In this document: positions 48,804-58,375 of the stretch, in pieces
Numbering within the stretch: the first letter of the stretch is position 1
How the letters are laid out: every line of letters begins with the position of its first letter
Source: a virus
Virus record (IMG/VR): IMGVR_UViG_3300042863_001519
Span: 30,805 to 94,804 of that record
Reading direction: 5' to 3' (one strand)
DNA length: 64,000 nt
Notes under the pieces: model-generated
What the model saw: the letters and a program-made list of their open reading frames with translations, nothing else
What the model was told of the DNA's origin: nothing
Database searches by the model: none
Translations under genes and position numbers: made by a program

Positions 48804-49871
48804 ATGAATATTAAAGTAGGAAGCAGGGTTAGTATTAAACCTTACATTAGTGGATTACCAAATGCAGGGCTTGAAAAGTATGATATGGTTGTAGCAGACG
48901 GTGCACAACATAAGGAACTTTTAGGTCTTGTAGAACGTAATGGTATTAAGTGTTATTTGACTGGTCTTAATGAACTGGCACCTGAAGTACAGAACATTAG
49001 AGATGTAGAAAAGAAAGAAGCAACTATCAGAGACATTAGAAAAACTGTGGTGTTTCTTGAAAACTCATTAGCAGGTAACTTTAGCCTTACTGAAAAAGAT
49101 ATTGATGAGTATGATGAGAAAGGAAAACCTACTGGTAAACTTTCCCCTATATTCTGGAGTAAGGTAACAATGTTTATCTCTCAGACTCCTGATAAGTTTG
49201 ATGACAAAAAGAATCGTATTCCTACCTATTGGGATGGAGTTGAAATTAAGTGTTCAAACAGTACAACATACCTTGACCCAAAGAATGCACATGACCTTAT
49301 ATTGATACATGCTATCCAAGCCGGTGGATTTCTTTGTGTTGCACCATCTATGGAAGCAGCACGAAATGCAGTAGAACCACCAAAGTGGTACTTGGATAAA
49401 GAAGAGGAGACAGCAGGTATCAAAACTGAAGTTAAGAAACTTCGTAACCAAGCTGGTGCAGAACTGCAAAAACTTTATGACAAAGATCAAACTAAGATGT
49501 TCTATGTTACTAAACTTTGTGCAGTAAACTCTTTGAGTTACAGAAAGTCTACTCCAAATGACATTATGTATGATGATTGTGATAAATACATTAATGGTGA
49601 AACAGTAGACAAGAATAAAAAACTTACTGCTGAAAAGTTTATTGAATATTGCAAACAACCATTGGCACAGTTACGTGTTCAGGCAATTGTCAAAGATTCT
49701 ACTGAAATGCAACTGTTGACTTACAAAACAGACGGTCAGCTGTATTATAATGCTACTGGTACACCAATGGGAAAGAGTGTTAATGATGTAGTGAAGTTTT
49801 TGGAAAATCCTCTAAACAATGATGTTCTTAGTAGTATTACAGATACTGTTGAAGAGGAATGGGTAAAGTAA
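48804..49871 (+). CDS. conserved crAss-like structural-module protein
   Basis: YLTGLNELAPEV, LDP.N.HDLI, FLENPLN; position after the capsid gene. Confidence 0.65.
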   Translation: MNIKVGSRVSIKPYISGLPNAGLEKYDMVVADGAQHKELLGLVERNGIKCYLTGLNELAPEVQNIRDVEKKEATIRDIRKTVVFLENSLAGNFSLTEKDIDEYDEKGKPTGKLSPIFWSKVTMFISQTPDKFDDKKNRIPTYWDGVEIKCSNSTTYLDPKNAHDLILIHAIQAGGFLCVAPSMEAARNAVEPPKWYLDKEEETAGIKTEVKKLRNQAGAELQKLYDKDQTKMFYVTKLCAVNSLSYRKSTPNDIMYDDCDKYINGETVDKNKKLTAEKFIEYCKQPLAQLRVQAIVKDSTEMQLLTYKTDGQLYYNATGTPMGKSVNDVVKFLENPLNNDVLSSITDTVEEEWVK

Positions 49872-49890
49872 TCTCTAAAATCAACATAAA

Positions 49891-49956
49891 ATGGCAAAAG
49901 GAAAAAAGCCAGCACCAATGCCGGCACCGAAACCAAAAAAAGGAAAAATGTGTTAA
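49891..49956 (+). CDS. 21-aa basic peptide MAKGKKPAPMPAPKPKKGKMC (not in ORF track)
   Basis: A-rich leader; fills the intergenic gap and stops 3 nt before the next ATG. Confidence 0.5.
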   Translation: MAKGKKPAPMPAPKPKKGKMC

Positions 49957-49959
49957 CCG

Positions 49960-50667
49960 ATGACCAACGAGTTATTACAGGTAAAATTTCAACAGCGGCT
50001 TAATAAACTATCATCTAGCGATTATGGGAACATAGAATGCTGGATGATAGCTGAAGCCTTTAACAAAGGCATGGATGCTTGGGTATCCAGGCAGTTGCAA
50101 GGTATTAATCAAACCAAGAGTACTGCAGAAGGATCTATTAGGAGTATAGACAAGCTCCAAGTAATTTTGAAACAATCTCCTCTTGCAATGGTTGATCAGG
50201 GTATTTATTGGGATGTAGATCTTCCAACTGATTATCTTGAATGGTCAAGGATAAGTGCAGATGCTCAAGCAGGAGATTGTTGTCCTCCAAGAAGACTCAA
50301 GATATTTCTTGGTGAAGAGGCCGATATGGACATGGTACTCTTAGATAAAAACAGACAACCTTCTTATGACTGGGGAGAGACAGTTGCCACAGTAATGGGT
50401 AAGAAGTTTAAAATCTATACAAACAAGTGTTTTGATATTGTCAATTCTACCATTACCTATTACAGAAAATCAATTCACATAAAGATAGAAGGATGTACTG
50501 ATCCTGATACAGGATTGATTGTACCTCCCGGAGATGGGATAGAATGTGAATTTCCAGATAACATAATAGAGATTCTTATTGATGAAGGTGCAGCAATTCT
50601 CGCAGATGATATGGACAACTATACAAAACAACAAAACTTAAATATGAATGCCGAACGCAATAACTAA
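49960..50667 (+). CDS. virion neck/ring (head-tail) protein candidate
   Basis: RLNKLSS.D, LP.DYL, PS.DW.ET, TYYR, CEF...EILIDE; crAss-like gene order. Confidence 0.6.
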   Translation: MTNELLQVKFQQRLNKLSSSDYGNIECWMIAEAFNKGMDAWVSRQLQGINQTKSTAEGSIRSIDKLQVILKQSPLAMVDQGIYWDVDLPTDYLEWSRISADAQAGDCCPPRRLKIFLGEEADMDMVLLDKNRQPSYDWGETVATVMGKKFKIYTNKCFDIVNSTITYYRKSIHIKIEGCTDPDTGLIVPPGDGIECEFPDNIIEILIDEGAAILADDMDNYTKQQNLNMNAERNN

Positions 50668-51409
50668 CATAGCAGGTATTTATAAAATTACAAATCTTGT
50701 AAATGGTAAGTTTTATATTGGTAGTACGTGTAATTTAAAAAGACGTAAGGGGAATCATTTTGCAGAACTGAATAGAAATAAACACTGTAATATTAAGTTG
50801 CAGAATGCATGGAATAAATACGGAGAAAAGGCATTTTACTTTGAAATTATATCTACCTGTCCGAAGGAATATCTTTTAAAATTAGAGTATTGGTTCATAA
50901 AAACATTATCTCCTTTTTATAATATTATTCAAGTACAGGAAGATTACAAAATAAAGATTAAATCTTTACATAAAAATAAGTTTAGAGAGTCTGTAAATCC
51001 AAGGGGATCAATACCCATATCTGTTTTTGATATAAACAATAATTTAATTGCTAATTTTGTATGTCTTTTAAGATGTGCAGAGTTTTTAAATACTCCAGTT
51101 TCGGGTATAAGTAAATGTCTTAAAAAAGGAAGACCTTTAAACAATAAATATATTTTTAAATATACCAAGAAAGATAATATTGAATATATAGATAATCGAT
51201 TAACAAGAGCAAAACTCTTTACAAAAGAAGGTCAGTTCTTAGGATTATTTGATACTTATGAACAGTTAGCAAAACATTTAAGTGTAAGTAAGGATACAGT
51301 TTATAGAACTATTAATAAAAAGACTACATTTTTATCGGCCAAATATCTTATATTTAAAGAGAAAGATAAAATGCAAGTACTGAATCAAAGTGCAGAACGT
51401 AACAATTAA
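50648..51409 (+). CDS. GIY-YIG homing endonuclease with NUMOD1-type HTH repeats
   Basis: AGIYKITNLVNGKFYIGS...R...H...LQNAWNKYG; AT-rich. Confidence 0.92.
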   Translation: MPNAITNIAGIYKITNLVNGKFYIGSTCNLKRRKGNHFAELNRNKHCNIKLQNAWNKYGEKAFYFEIISTCPKEYLLKLEYWFIKTLSPFYNIIQVQEDYKIKIKSLHKNKFRESVNPRGSIPISVFDINNNLIANFVCLLRCAEFLNTPVSGISKCLKKGRPLNNKYIFKYTKKDNIEYIDNRLTRAKLFTKEGQFLGLFDTYEQLAKHLSVSKDTVYRTINKKTTFLSAKYLIFKEKDKMQVLNQSAERNN

Positions 51410-51434
51410 TGACACCATAGTAAAATTTTAATAA

Positions 51435-53648
51435 ATGTCTTTACCAGTACTAAACCGACTAGGTTTTTGGTATGCAACTACTAACACACCATCTCTTGTA
51501 GATGGTGTTGGTACTTTAGGGGACTGCTATCAAATAGTAACTACTAATTTAACAGCAGATCCTCCTGCTGGTTACTTTATGTTCAATAGGGACTTGGGTA
51601 GTGGTGTAAAGACATGGATATCAACTCTTTACGTTTATTATGATGGTGCTGAATGGCAGATGATTGGTGGTGTTAGTGGAGGTGGTTCCGGCACTGTTAC
51701 CCAAGTAAATACTGCAGGTCTCATCTCAGGTGGACCAATAACAACTACTGGTACTATATCTACTTCTATGAATACCAATAAACTGGTAGGTAGAAGTACT
51801 GCTGGCACAGGTGTTATGGAGGAGATTATAGTAGGTTCTGGACTTACTCTTACAGGAGGTACGCTTAATAATACAGCTACACCATCACCACTTGGTTACT
51901 ATGGTGCATGGCAGGATAATATTACTCAAACTGCAGCAGCAAGTAATGTTGGTTATCCTATGAAGTTTAGGATAGCAGATATTACTCCTAATGGAATATC
52001 TATTGTCAGCGATACTAGGATAACTTTTGCAAACACTGGTATTTACAACATACAGTTTTCTTCCCAGTTTCAAAATACAGATAATACACACCATGATGTA
52101 ACTATTTGGTTGAGATTAAATGGTTCTGATGTTACAGGTTCTTCGGGTTTAGTATCTGTTCCTGCAAGAAAATCAGCAAGTGCAGGTGATCAAGGTCACA
52201 CTATAACAAGTTGGAATTATTTACTAAGTGTTGTAGGTGGTCAGTATTATGAAATTGTGTGGAGTACTGAAGATCATACACATGTTACTATGCAGTTCTA
52301 TGCTGCAGGTAGTCCACCACCATCAGCAGCTTCTGTTATTCTTAGTGTTACACAACAGTCAGGCATTATGGCTGGCACTGGTATAACTGCAATAAACAGT
52401 CTTACAGGTGCTGTTCAAACAATGGTACCCGGTACAACAGGAACTGATTTTGCAATATCTTCTAGTGGTACTGCTCATACATTTAACTTACCAACAGCAT
52501 CTGCTACAAACAGAGGAGCTTTATCTTCTGCTGATTGGAGCACTTTTAGTGCCAAAGTACCAGCAGGTTCTGTTACAACTTCTGGTCTTACTCAGACTAC
52601 TAATAAACTTCTAGGTAGAGGAACAGCAGCTACTGGGGCTATTGAAGAAATAACACTAGGTACCAATCTTAATCTATCAGGAACAACATTAAATGCTGCA
52701 AATCCTCCTGGAGGATCTACTACCCAAGTACAGTATAATAATGCTGGTTCTTTTGGTGGTGCTGCTAATGTTACTATAGATACAGATGGTAGACTCATAT
52801 TTCCTGCCGTTAGTGCCCTTCCTACAATATCTACTGGTGGTAAACTATATGGTGATACATCATCAGGATTACCCCAAGCTAGATGGTTGCCTAATCTAGG
52901 AATAGATGCACCACTACAAAGGAAACTAGGATATGGTACTATAGGTTCTATAACTCCTTCAGCTGTCAGTACTCTTTTTGCAGAGGGACATTTTTCAGGA
53001 GCATCTATTCAGACTAACCCTGTCAGTACCGGTAGTAATAACAGTGGTAAAACACACAGCAGTACTAGTGTGTTGTCATGCAAGACTAGATATGTAATAG
53101 CTAGTGCAGCTGCAATAAACTCTACTGCTCTTGTAAGAATGGGTAACTCTCAGGCCAGTGGTCTAATAATGAATGACAGTGTATATGGTGGTGGCACATT
53201 GCTAACAATAGTGGTAGGTTTTCCTGCATATGCATCTACAGAGAGAGTGTTTCAAGGATACCAAACATCTAACTCTGCTATTGCTAATAACGTAGATATA
53301 TCTACTCTAACCAACATGTTTGGTATAGGAAAAGATACTGGAGATACTAATTTACAATGGATGCACAATGATGGTTCTGGTACTGCTACCAAAGTAGACA
53401 CAGGTATAGCTATCAGCACTAATAATGTATATACTATAGAGCTGTTTGTACCTTCCAACAGTACTGCTATGTACGGAGCACTATATGAGATGACTAAAAC
53501 TACTAATGCTTTAATCAGTACAATCACAGCTAGTACTAACATACCAGCTGTAGGTACTAGGTTGTTTTTCCAGCAGTTTATATCAACAGCAGCAGGCACT
53601 GCTTCCATATCTTTGGCTATTATAACAACAGTAGAAGAAAACTATTAA
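51435..53648 (+). CDS. Thr/Ser/Gly-rich fibre or decoration protein (C1q/BclA-like central domain)
   Basis: Internal repeat TNKL.GR.TA.TG..EEI; GIYNIQFSSQF...IWLRLNG beta domain. Confidence 0.7.
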   Translation: MSLPVLNRLGFWYATTNTPSLVDGVGTLGDCYQIVTTNLTADPPAGYFMFNRDLGSGVKTWISTLYVYYDGAEWQMIGGVSGGGSGTVTQVNTAGLISGGPITTTGTISTSMNTNKLVGRSTAGTGVMEEIIVGSGLTLTGGTLNNTATPSPLGYYGAWQDNITQTAAASNVGYPMKFRIADITPNGISIVSDTRITFANTGIYNIQFSSQFQNTDNTHHDVTIWLRLNGSDVTGSSGLVSVPARKSASAGDQGHTITSWNYLLSVVGGQYYEIVWSTEDHTHVTMQFYAAGSPPPSAASVILSVTQQSGIMAGTGITAINSLTGAVQTMVPGTTGTDFAISSSGTAHTFNLPTASATNRGALSSADWSTFSAKVPAGSVTTSGLTQTTNKLLGRGTAATGAIEEITLGTNLNLSGTTLNAANPPGGSTTQVQYNNAGSFGGAANVTIDTDGRLIFPAVSALPTISTGGKLYGDTSSGLPQARWLPNLGIDAPLQRKLGYGTIGSITPSAVSTLFAEGHFSGASIQTNPVSTGSNNSGKTHSSTSVLSCKTRYVIASAAAINSTALVRMGNSQASGLIMNDSVYGGGTLLTIVVGFPAYASTERVFQGYQTSNSAIANNVDISTLTNMFGIGKDTGDTNLQWMHNDGSGTATKVDTGIAISTNNVYTIELFVPSNSTAMYGALYEMTKTTNALISTITASTNIPAVGTRLFFQQFISTAAGTASISLAIITTVEENY

Positions 53649-53650
53649 TC

Positions 53651-53917
53651 ATGACAAAAGCAATACAAGAAAAGGTAATAGACGGACAAACAGCTACATC
53701 TATACAGATATGGCAGACATTTAACAGTATGGAAACAGACCCTGAGATAGGTGGTTATGCACTCATTCAGTACACTATACTCAACAGCACAGGCAGCTGT
53801 ATAACTACTGGTTATATTAGAATAGATGGAGACAGTTATTACTCATGGAATGGGAACTATGAATATGCAGCTGATTACATAGCAACAGAGCTAGAATTGT
53901 TTTTTTTATTAGACTAA
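53651..53917 (+). CDS. small fibre-associated protein
   Basis: 88 aa directly after the fibre gene. Confidence 0.55.
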   Translation: MTKAIQEKVIDGQTATSIQIWQTFNSMETDPEIGGYALIQYTILNSTGSCITTGYIRIDGDSYYSWNGNYEYAADYIATELELFFLLD

Positions 53918-53935
53918 AAAGCTTATCTTAATCAT

Positions 53936-55093
53936 ATGGGAAGCACAGGCAGAACTCCAAATGTATATGGTATACCGGCCACTTTAAACTGGTGTGTTGA
54001 AGCAATTGCACAACTAAAAGGACAGGTGTGGGGTATTGTTCAGAATGGTAGTGGAGGTACTCAAAATCTTACTTCTGTTCTTTTAGAAGGTAATAGTGCT
54101 AACAACAATATTAACCTAACAGATGGAGGAGCACAACTAGCAATCCATAGCCCATCTGGTTTTGTAGTTACTTATGGTGATATTGATGGTACTGCAAGTA
54201 TTAACTATTTAGCAGATAGTATTGTATCTTCAACTAACGAAGGTACAAGATATACTACTTTAGAGTTTGATCAAACTACTCCAGGGGGAGTAAACATTAT
54301 CACATTTCCTGATGACAGTGGTGACGTTCTTTTAGATAGTCAACTAGGAGTAGCAAACGGTATTGCTACTCTAGGTGGAGACGGTATAGTACCTCTTAGT
54401 CAGTTGCCTTTTGGGTCTGCTCTTATTAATAAAGGGGCTTGGAATGCATCTACTAATACTCCAACACTAATAGATGGGACAGGTACCAATGGGGATTTTT
54501 ATGTGGTTTCTGTAGGAGCTACAAGAGATCTTGGTTCCGGTAACATTGACTTTGTAGCTGGTAATGGCGTGTTATATAATGGGTCTGTTTGGCAACAAAT
54601 AGGAGCTGTAATGACAGCTACTATTACGTCAGTATCTTCTGCTAATGTAGCTAGATTGTCAGTTGTTGCTGGAACAGGTCCTAATCCTACCTTAGACGTT
54701 GTGTCTGCTCCTAAATTACAAACTGCTAGAAACATTAATAATATTGCCTTTGATGGTACTGCTAGTATTCTTCTTAATAGTACGTACAATAATCAAACAG
54801 GTACTACATATACTTTTGTATTAACAGACAATCAAAAGATTGTAACAGCTACTAATGCGTCTCCCCAAACATATACGGTACCTCCTAATACTGGAGCAGG
54901 TTCTGTTGCTTTTCCTATAGGTACTAGAATAGATGTTATACAGCTAGGGGACGGTAAAGTTACTATAGCAGGACCCGGTGTTACTATAAATTCTTATCTT
55001 GGATATAAAGCAATAGCTGCAAAATATGTAGGAGTAACTTTATTAAAAACAGATACTAATACTTGGGTACTAATAGGTAATTTAATAGCATAG
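53936..55093 (+). CDS. virion fibre/baseplate-type protein
   Basis: KGAWNASTNTP domain; C-terminal NQTGTTYT...AFPIGT.I...W.L.G.L module. Confidence 0.7.
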   Translation: MGSTGRTPNVYGIPATLNWCVEAIAQLKGQVWGIVQNGSGGTQNLTSVLLEGNSANNNINLTDGGAQLAIHSPSGFVVTYGDIDGTASINYLADSIVSSTNEGTRYTTLEFDQTTPGGVNIITFPDDSGDVLLDSQLGVANGIATLGGDGIVPLSQLPFGSALINKGAWNASTNTPTLIDGTGTNGDFYVVSVGATRDLGSGNIDFVAGNGVLYNGSVWQQIGAVMTATITSVSSANVARLSVVAGTGPNPTLDVVSAPKLQTARNINNIAFDGTASILLNSTYNNQTGTTYTFVLTDNQKIVTATNASPQTYTVPPNTGAGSVAFPIGTRIDVIQLGDGKVTIAGPGVTINSYLGYKAIAAKYVGVTLLKTDTNTWVLIGNLIA

Positions 55094-55094
55094 T

Positions 55095-55757
55095 ATGTTA
55101 ATAACACTTGGTATATTATCGGCAGCTGGTTCATCAAGAGTATATGCTACACTAGATCCAGTAAGACATAGTTCTAATGTAACTACATCAGACGGAAACT
55201 TAACTGGCTCTAACCCAGGAAATGCTGCTGGTGTTGGTATAGCTACTATAGGAAAAAACAGTGGAAAATGGTATTGGGAAGCAGTAGTAAACAATTCCAC
55301 TATTGGTACTTATGGAAAGATTGGAGTAACTAACGTGCTTATGATACCACCTTACGATAAACCATCTGGACTAGGTGCTGGCGGTACTAATGGCACTGGT
55401 GGAGTAGGGTATTGGGGAACAACAGCAACTGATGGACAGACTAAGGTAGGTGCTAACTTTGCTGGCTCACTTGTTCAATTGCCGGGTAATGGTGGAATAA
55501 TTGTAAATGGAGACATATTATCTGTAGCATTAGATGCAGGTAATAATCAGGTTACGTTTTATCGTAATGGTGTGTTAGCTGTCTCTCTTAATCTGTTACC
55601 TATTAGTAGAACCTGGTATCCAGCATTTGCTTCTACATCTGCTCCTACCTCAGTAACATTTAACTTTGGTCAGAATGCGTGGAGTACAAATCCAGCAGTA
55701 GAAAGTACTAGAAATGACTTGTTTACACTTTATGGTTATAATGAAGGTTTATACTAA
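55095..55757 (+). CDS. SPRY/B30.2-domain protein
   Basis: SGKWYWE, IGV, GDILSVALD, FYRNG, YPA, NFGQ. Confidence 0.85.
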   Translation: MLITLGILSAAGSSRVYATLDPVRHSSNVTTSDGNLTGSNPGNAAGVGIATIGKNSGKWYWEAVVNNSTIGTYGKIGVTNVLMIPPYDKPSGLGAGGTNGTGGVGYWGTTATDGQTKVGANFAGSLVQLPGNGGIIVNGDILSVALDAGNNQVTFYRNGVLAVSLNLLPISRTWYPAFASTSAPTSVTFNFGQNAWSTNPAVESTRNDLFTLYGYNEGLY

Positions 55758-55775
55758 AACAACATACACACTAAA

Positions 55776-56060
55776 ATGAAAATAGATATTACTAAAGCAT
55801 TTTTAACCACTATCTCGATATTTATTGCATTTCTTGGGTGGTTTGGAAAAATTACTTATGACAAATTGACCAAAATTGAGAATGATGTACAGACATTATT
55901 AATTGCTACCGGCATTGATAGAAATGAAATACAGAACATTAAAGATAGATTAAATAGCTCAGGGCCTAAAAAGCCAATAAGTTACCATCATTATCATAGT
56001 GAATTTGTATTACCTGAGAATAACATTCAAAAGAGGAAAAAACTTATTGAGAAAGTATGA
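55776..56060 (+). CDS. holin-like membrane protein
   Basis: N-terminal TM helix plus coiled coil. Confidence 0.45.
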   Translation: MKIDITKAFLTTISIFIAFLGWFGKITYDKLTKIENDVQTLLIATGIDRNEIQNIKDRLNSSGPKKPISYHHYHSEFVLPENNIQKRKKLIEKV

Positions 56061-56422
56061 ACAGTAAAATAGCTTTGGTATCATTAATAGCTGTAATTAC
56101 AATTGTCATTTTTGGTAACTATATTGTTTTCCGTAAAGGAGTAAATCACTTTGATGGTATCACAGCCAAACAACTAACGGATAGTTTAAGAGCTCACAAT
56201 AAACTAAGAGAACAACAACTATCAGTATTAAAAGACAAATACAAACAAGACTCTGTAAGAATAAACAGTATTCAAAATCAGATAAATAAAGTACCAGATC
56301 TTGTAAAAGAAATAAGCAAAAGCTATGATAAAAAAAGGAACCACATTAATTCTCTTTCTGCTGATGAGCAAGTTAGCTATATGTCAGATTGGTTATCCAA
56401 AGATACTAGTATTAGAGAATGA
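56057..56422 (+). CDS. i-spanin-like protein
   Basis: N-terminal TM helix, long coiled coil, overlaps the next gene. Confidence 0.55.
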   Translation: MNSKIALVSLIAVITIVIFGNYIVFRKGVNHFDGITAKQLTDSLRAHNKLREQQLSVLKDKYKQDSVRINSIQNQINKVPDLVKEISKSYDKKRNHINSLSADEQVSYMSDWLSKDTSIRE

Positions 56423-56756
56423 CACTGTTGTAGCAATAACAAAAATGCAGATGAAGAAGATCAACAATCTTTATCTACATAACAACGAGTGCAAAGAAAC
56501 AAACCAGCTTTTAATTAGTACTATAGATAGTTGTAAAGTAACATTTGCAATCTATGATACCATAGTGTCTAATCTTAAAGATCAAGTACAGATATACAAA
56601 CACGGAGCAGCAGAAAGCAATAAAGTTATTACTGAAATAATAGAACTAGATAAGAAAAAGAACAAAAGAATTAACAGCCTTAGCTCTCAAAACAAACTCC
56701 TCAAAGCCAGTACAATAATAGTTCTTATTAGTGCAGTAATCTTTGCAGTTATTTAG
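56325..56756 (+). CDS. spanin-like protein with signal peptide and C-terminal TM helix
   Basis: MIKK..LILFLLMSKLAIC; coiled coil; IIVLISAVIFAVI. Confidence 0.5.
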   Translation: MIKKGTTLILFLLMSKLAICQIGYPKILVLENDTVVAITKMQMKKINNLYLHNNECKETNQLLISTIDSCKVTFAIYDTIVSNLKDQVQIYKHGAAESNKVITEIIELDKKKNKRINSLSSQNKLLKASTIIVLISAVIFAVI

Positions 56757-56887
56757 GTATTTATGATAAAAATAAATATCTCAAAATAATTTGCTGAAGA
56801 ATAAAAAAAGTGTATATTATATATGAGAGGGGAAGATACTCTCTCCATTCAAGTTACTTGGGTGTCACAAAATAACTTTTTTAAACA

Positions 56888-58303
56888 ATGATTTTTCCGT
56901 ATTCATTTAGACGAGCCTACTTAGGCAACACTACTGGACCTAGCTCTAGTCCCACTTTGGTGACTGCTACTGCAGGACAACTAACAGAAGATCTTTCATC
57001 AGGTCAAACAGGTTTCTGTACTGCACCTAACGGTATTGAGGGCAATATGATTTCAGGAGGTACAAGTACTACTCTGAAAATGGTAGTTGGTAGCTGGCAC
57101 ACTGTTGACCAGATTGCACCATTCTATGGTGGTCTTCAAGCACCTTACTACAGTAAGGCAATTGACCCACGTAGAGTAACAAGGTTCATTCACTCAAAAG
57201 CAGCAGAGGCTAAACAGCAAATTATTGTTGCTGGTTGGGATTTGAGCTCTGCATCAACAGTAGGTCCAAAGTTCTACTGTGGTGAATCTTACTTGCTTCG
57301 TTTGGACATGATCGGCTCTCCGGCTCTTCGTCTTTTGAATCACCAATTATATGTAACTCTACCTTCTTTTGGTGGTTGTTGCGGTAATGATTGTTCTTCT
57401 GCTTGTACATCTACTGCAGTTGATGCTGCATGTATTATGCTTCAGTGGAATGACTTTATGAGATATGGTACTTACAATCCTGGTATAGGTGCTCCTGATT
57501 TCCAAGCTCCATCAGGTCAGATACCATATCTGAAGCAGTTCTTCCTACCAGCAGTATATGTACAAAATGGAGCAACTGCTGATCGAGTATATAGTCAACT
57601 TGACTGTGAAGCAGCCCTTGCAGGTAAATACGGTACTGCTGCTGAAAATAATACAGTAAGACTTTGGTATATTGCAAATGGTGAACAAGGTTATCAATGT
57701 AATACTGCAAACCCAGAATCTGTAGTAGCAGGTTTCCAGCTTACTGGTGCTTACTATCAGACAAACTACAACAACTGTACATTTACTCCATCAGATTACT
57801 TTGAGATAGAGCCTATCTTCTGTAAAGTGTCTTTGATGACTGGTAACTTCTCTGGTGTAAACAACTTCTCTCCATGTGGTTGGGATACAACAATCAACAC
57901 ATCGGTACCTAACATGGTTACGGAACTTCAAGCTCCTGTATATCCTAAAGGTCTTGGTGAGCAGGTTGTCCGTGAAATCATACAGTCTGAAAGATACCGT
58001 CAGGATCACTTTGCCGATAGCATCTTTGTAGATAGCTACCGTATGAGGGAGATAGAAAACCAGGATTGGATACTGAATAATGTAAACCGTCAGGGTTACT
58101 ATGACAGTGTTGCAATTGTGTACAATATCTTCAGACCTCAGAACAGTCAGAGTGTACATGACAATGATGAATACACTGAAATTCTTTATGTGCCAACTAA
58201 TACAGATGTAAGTGCATTTACAAATGTTCTTACTCAGTCATTGGTTGCAGTAGGTAGTCCAGTAACACTGGAAACAACTGCAGGTAACGGTTCAGGTATA
58301 TAA
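56888..58303 (+). CDS. abundant virion structural protein candidate
   Basis: 471 aa, capsid-like codon bias, upstream promoter-like GTATATTA, hairpin terminator at 58323..58363. Confidence 0.6.
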   Translation: MIFPYSFRRAYLGNTTGPSSSPTLVTATAGQLTEDLSSGQTGFCTAPNGIEGNMISGGTSTTLKMVVGSWHTVDQIAPFYGGLQAPYYSKAIDPRRVTRFIHSKAAEAKQQIIVAGWDLSSASTVGPKFYCGESYLLRLDMIGSPALRLLNHQLYVTLPSFGGCCGNDCSSACTSTAVDAACIMLQWNDFMRYGTYNPGIGAPDFQAPSGQIPYLKQFFLPAVYVQNGATADRVYSQLDCEAALAGKYGTAAENNTVRLWYIANGEQGYQCNTANPESVVAGFQLTGAYYQTNYNNCTFTPSDYFEIEPIFCKVSLMTGNFSGVNNFSPCGWDTTINTSVPNMVTELQAPVYPKGLGEQVVREIIQSERYRQDHFADSIFVDSYRMREIENQDWILNNVNRQGYYDSVAIVYNIFRPQNSQSVHDNDEYTEILYVPTNTDVSAFTNVLTQSLVAVGSPVTLETTAGNGSGI

Positions 58304-58375
58304 TTAAGAATAATTAATCATCGAGAGGGGAAGGGTAAGAAATGAGACCCCTTCCTCTCTCTTTATTTGCAACTG

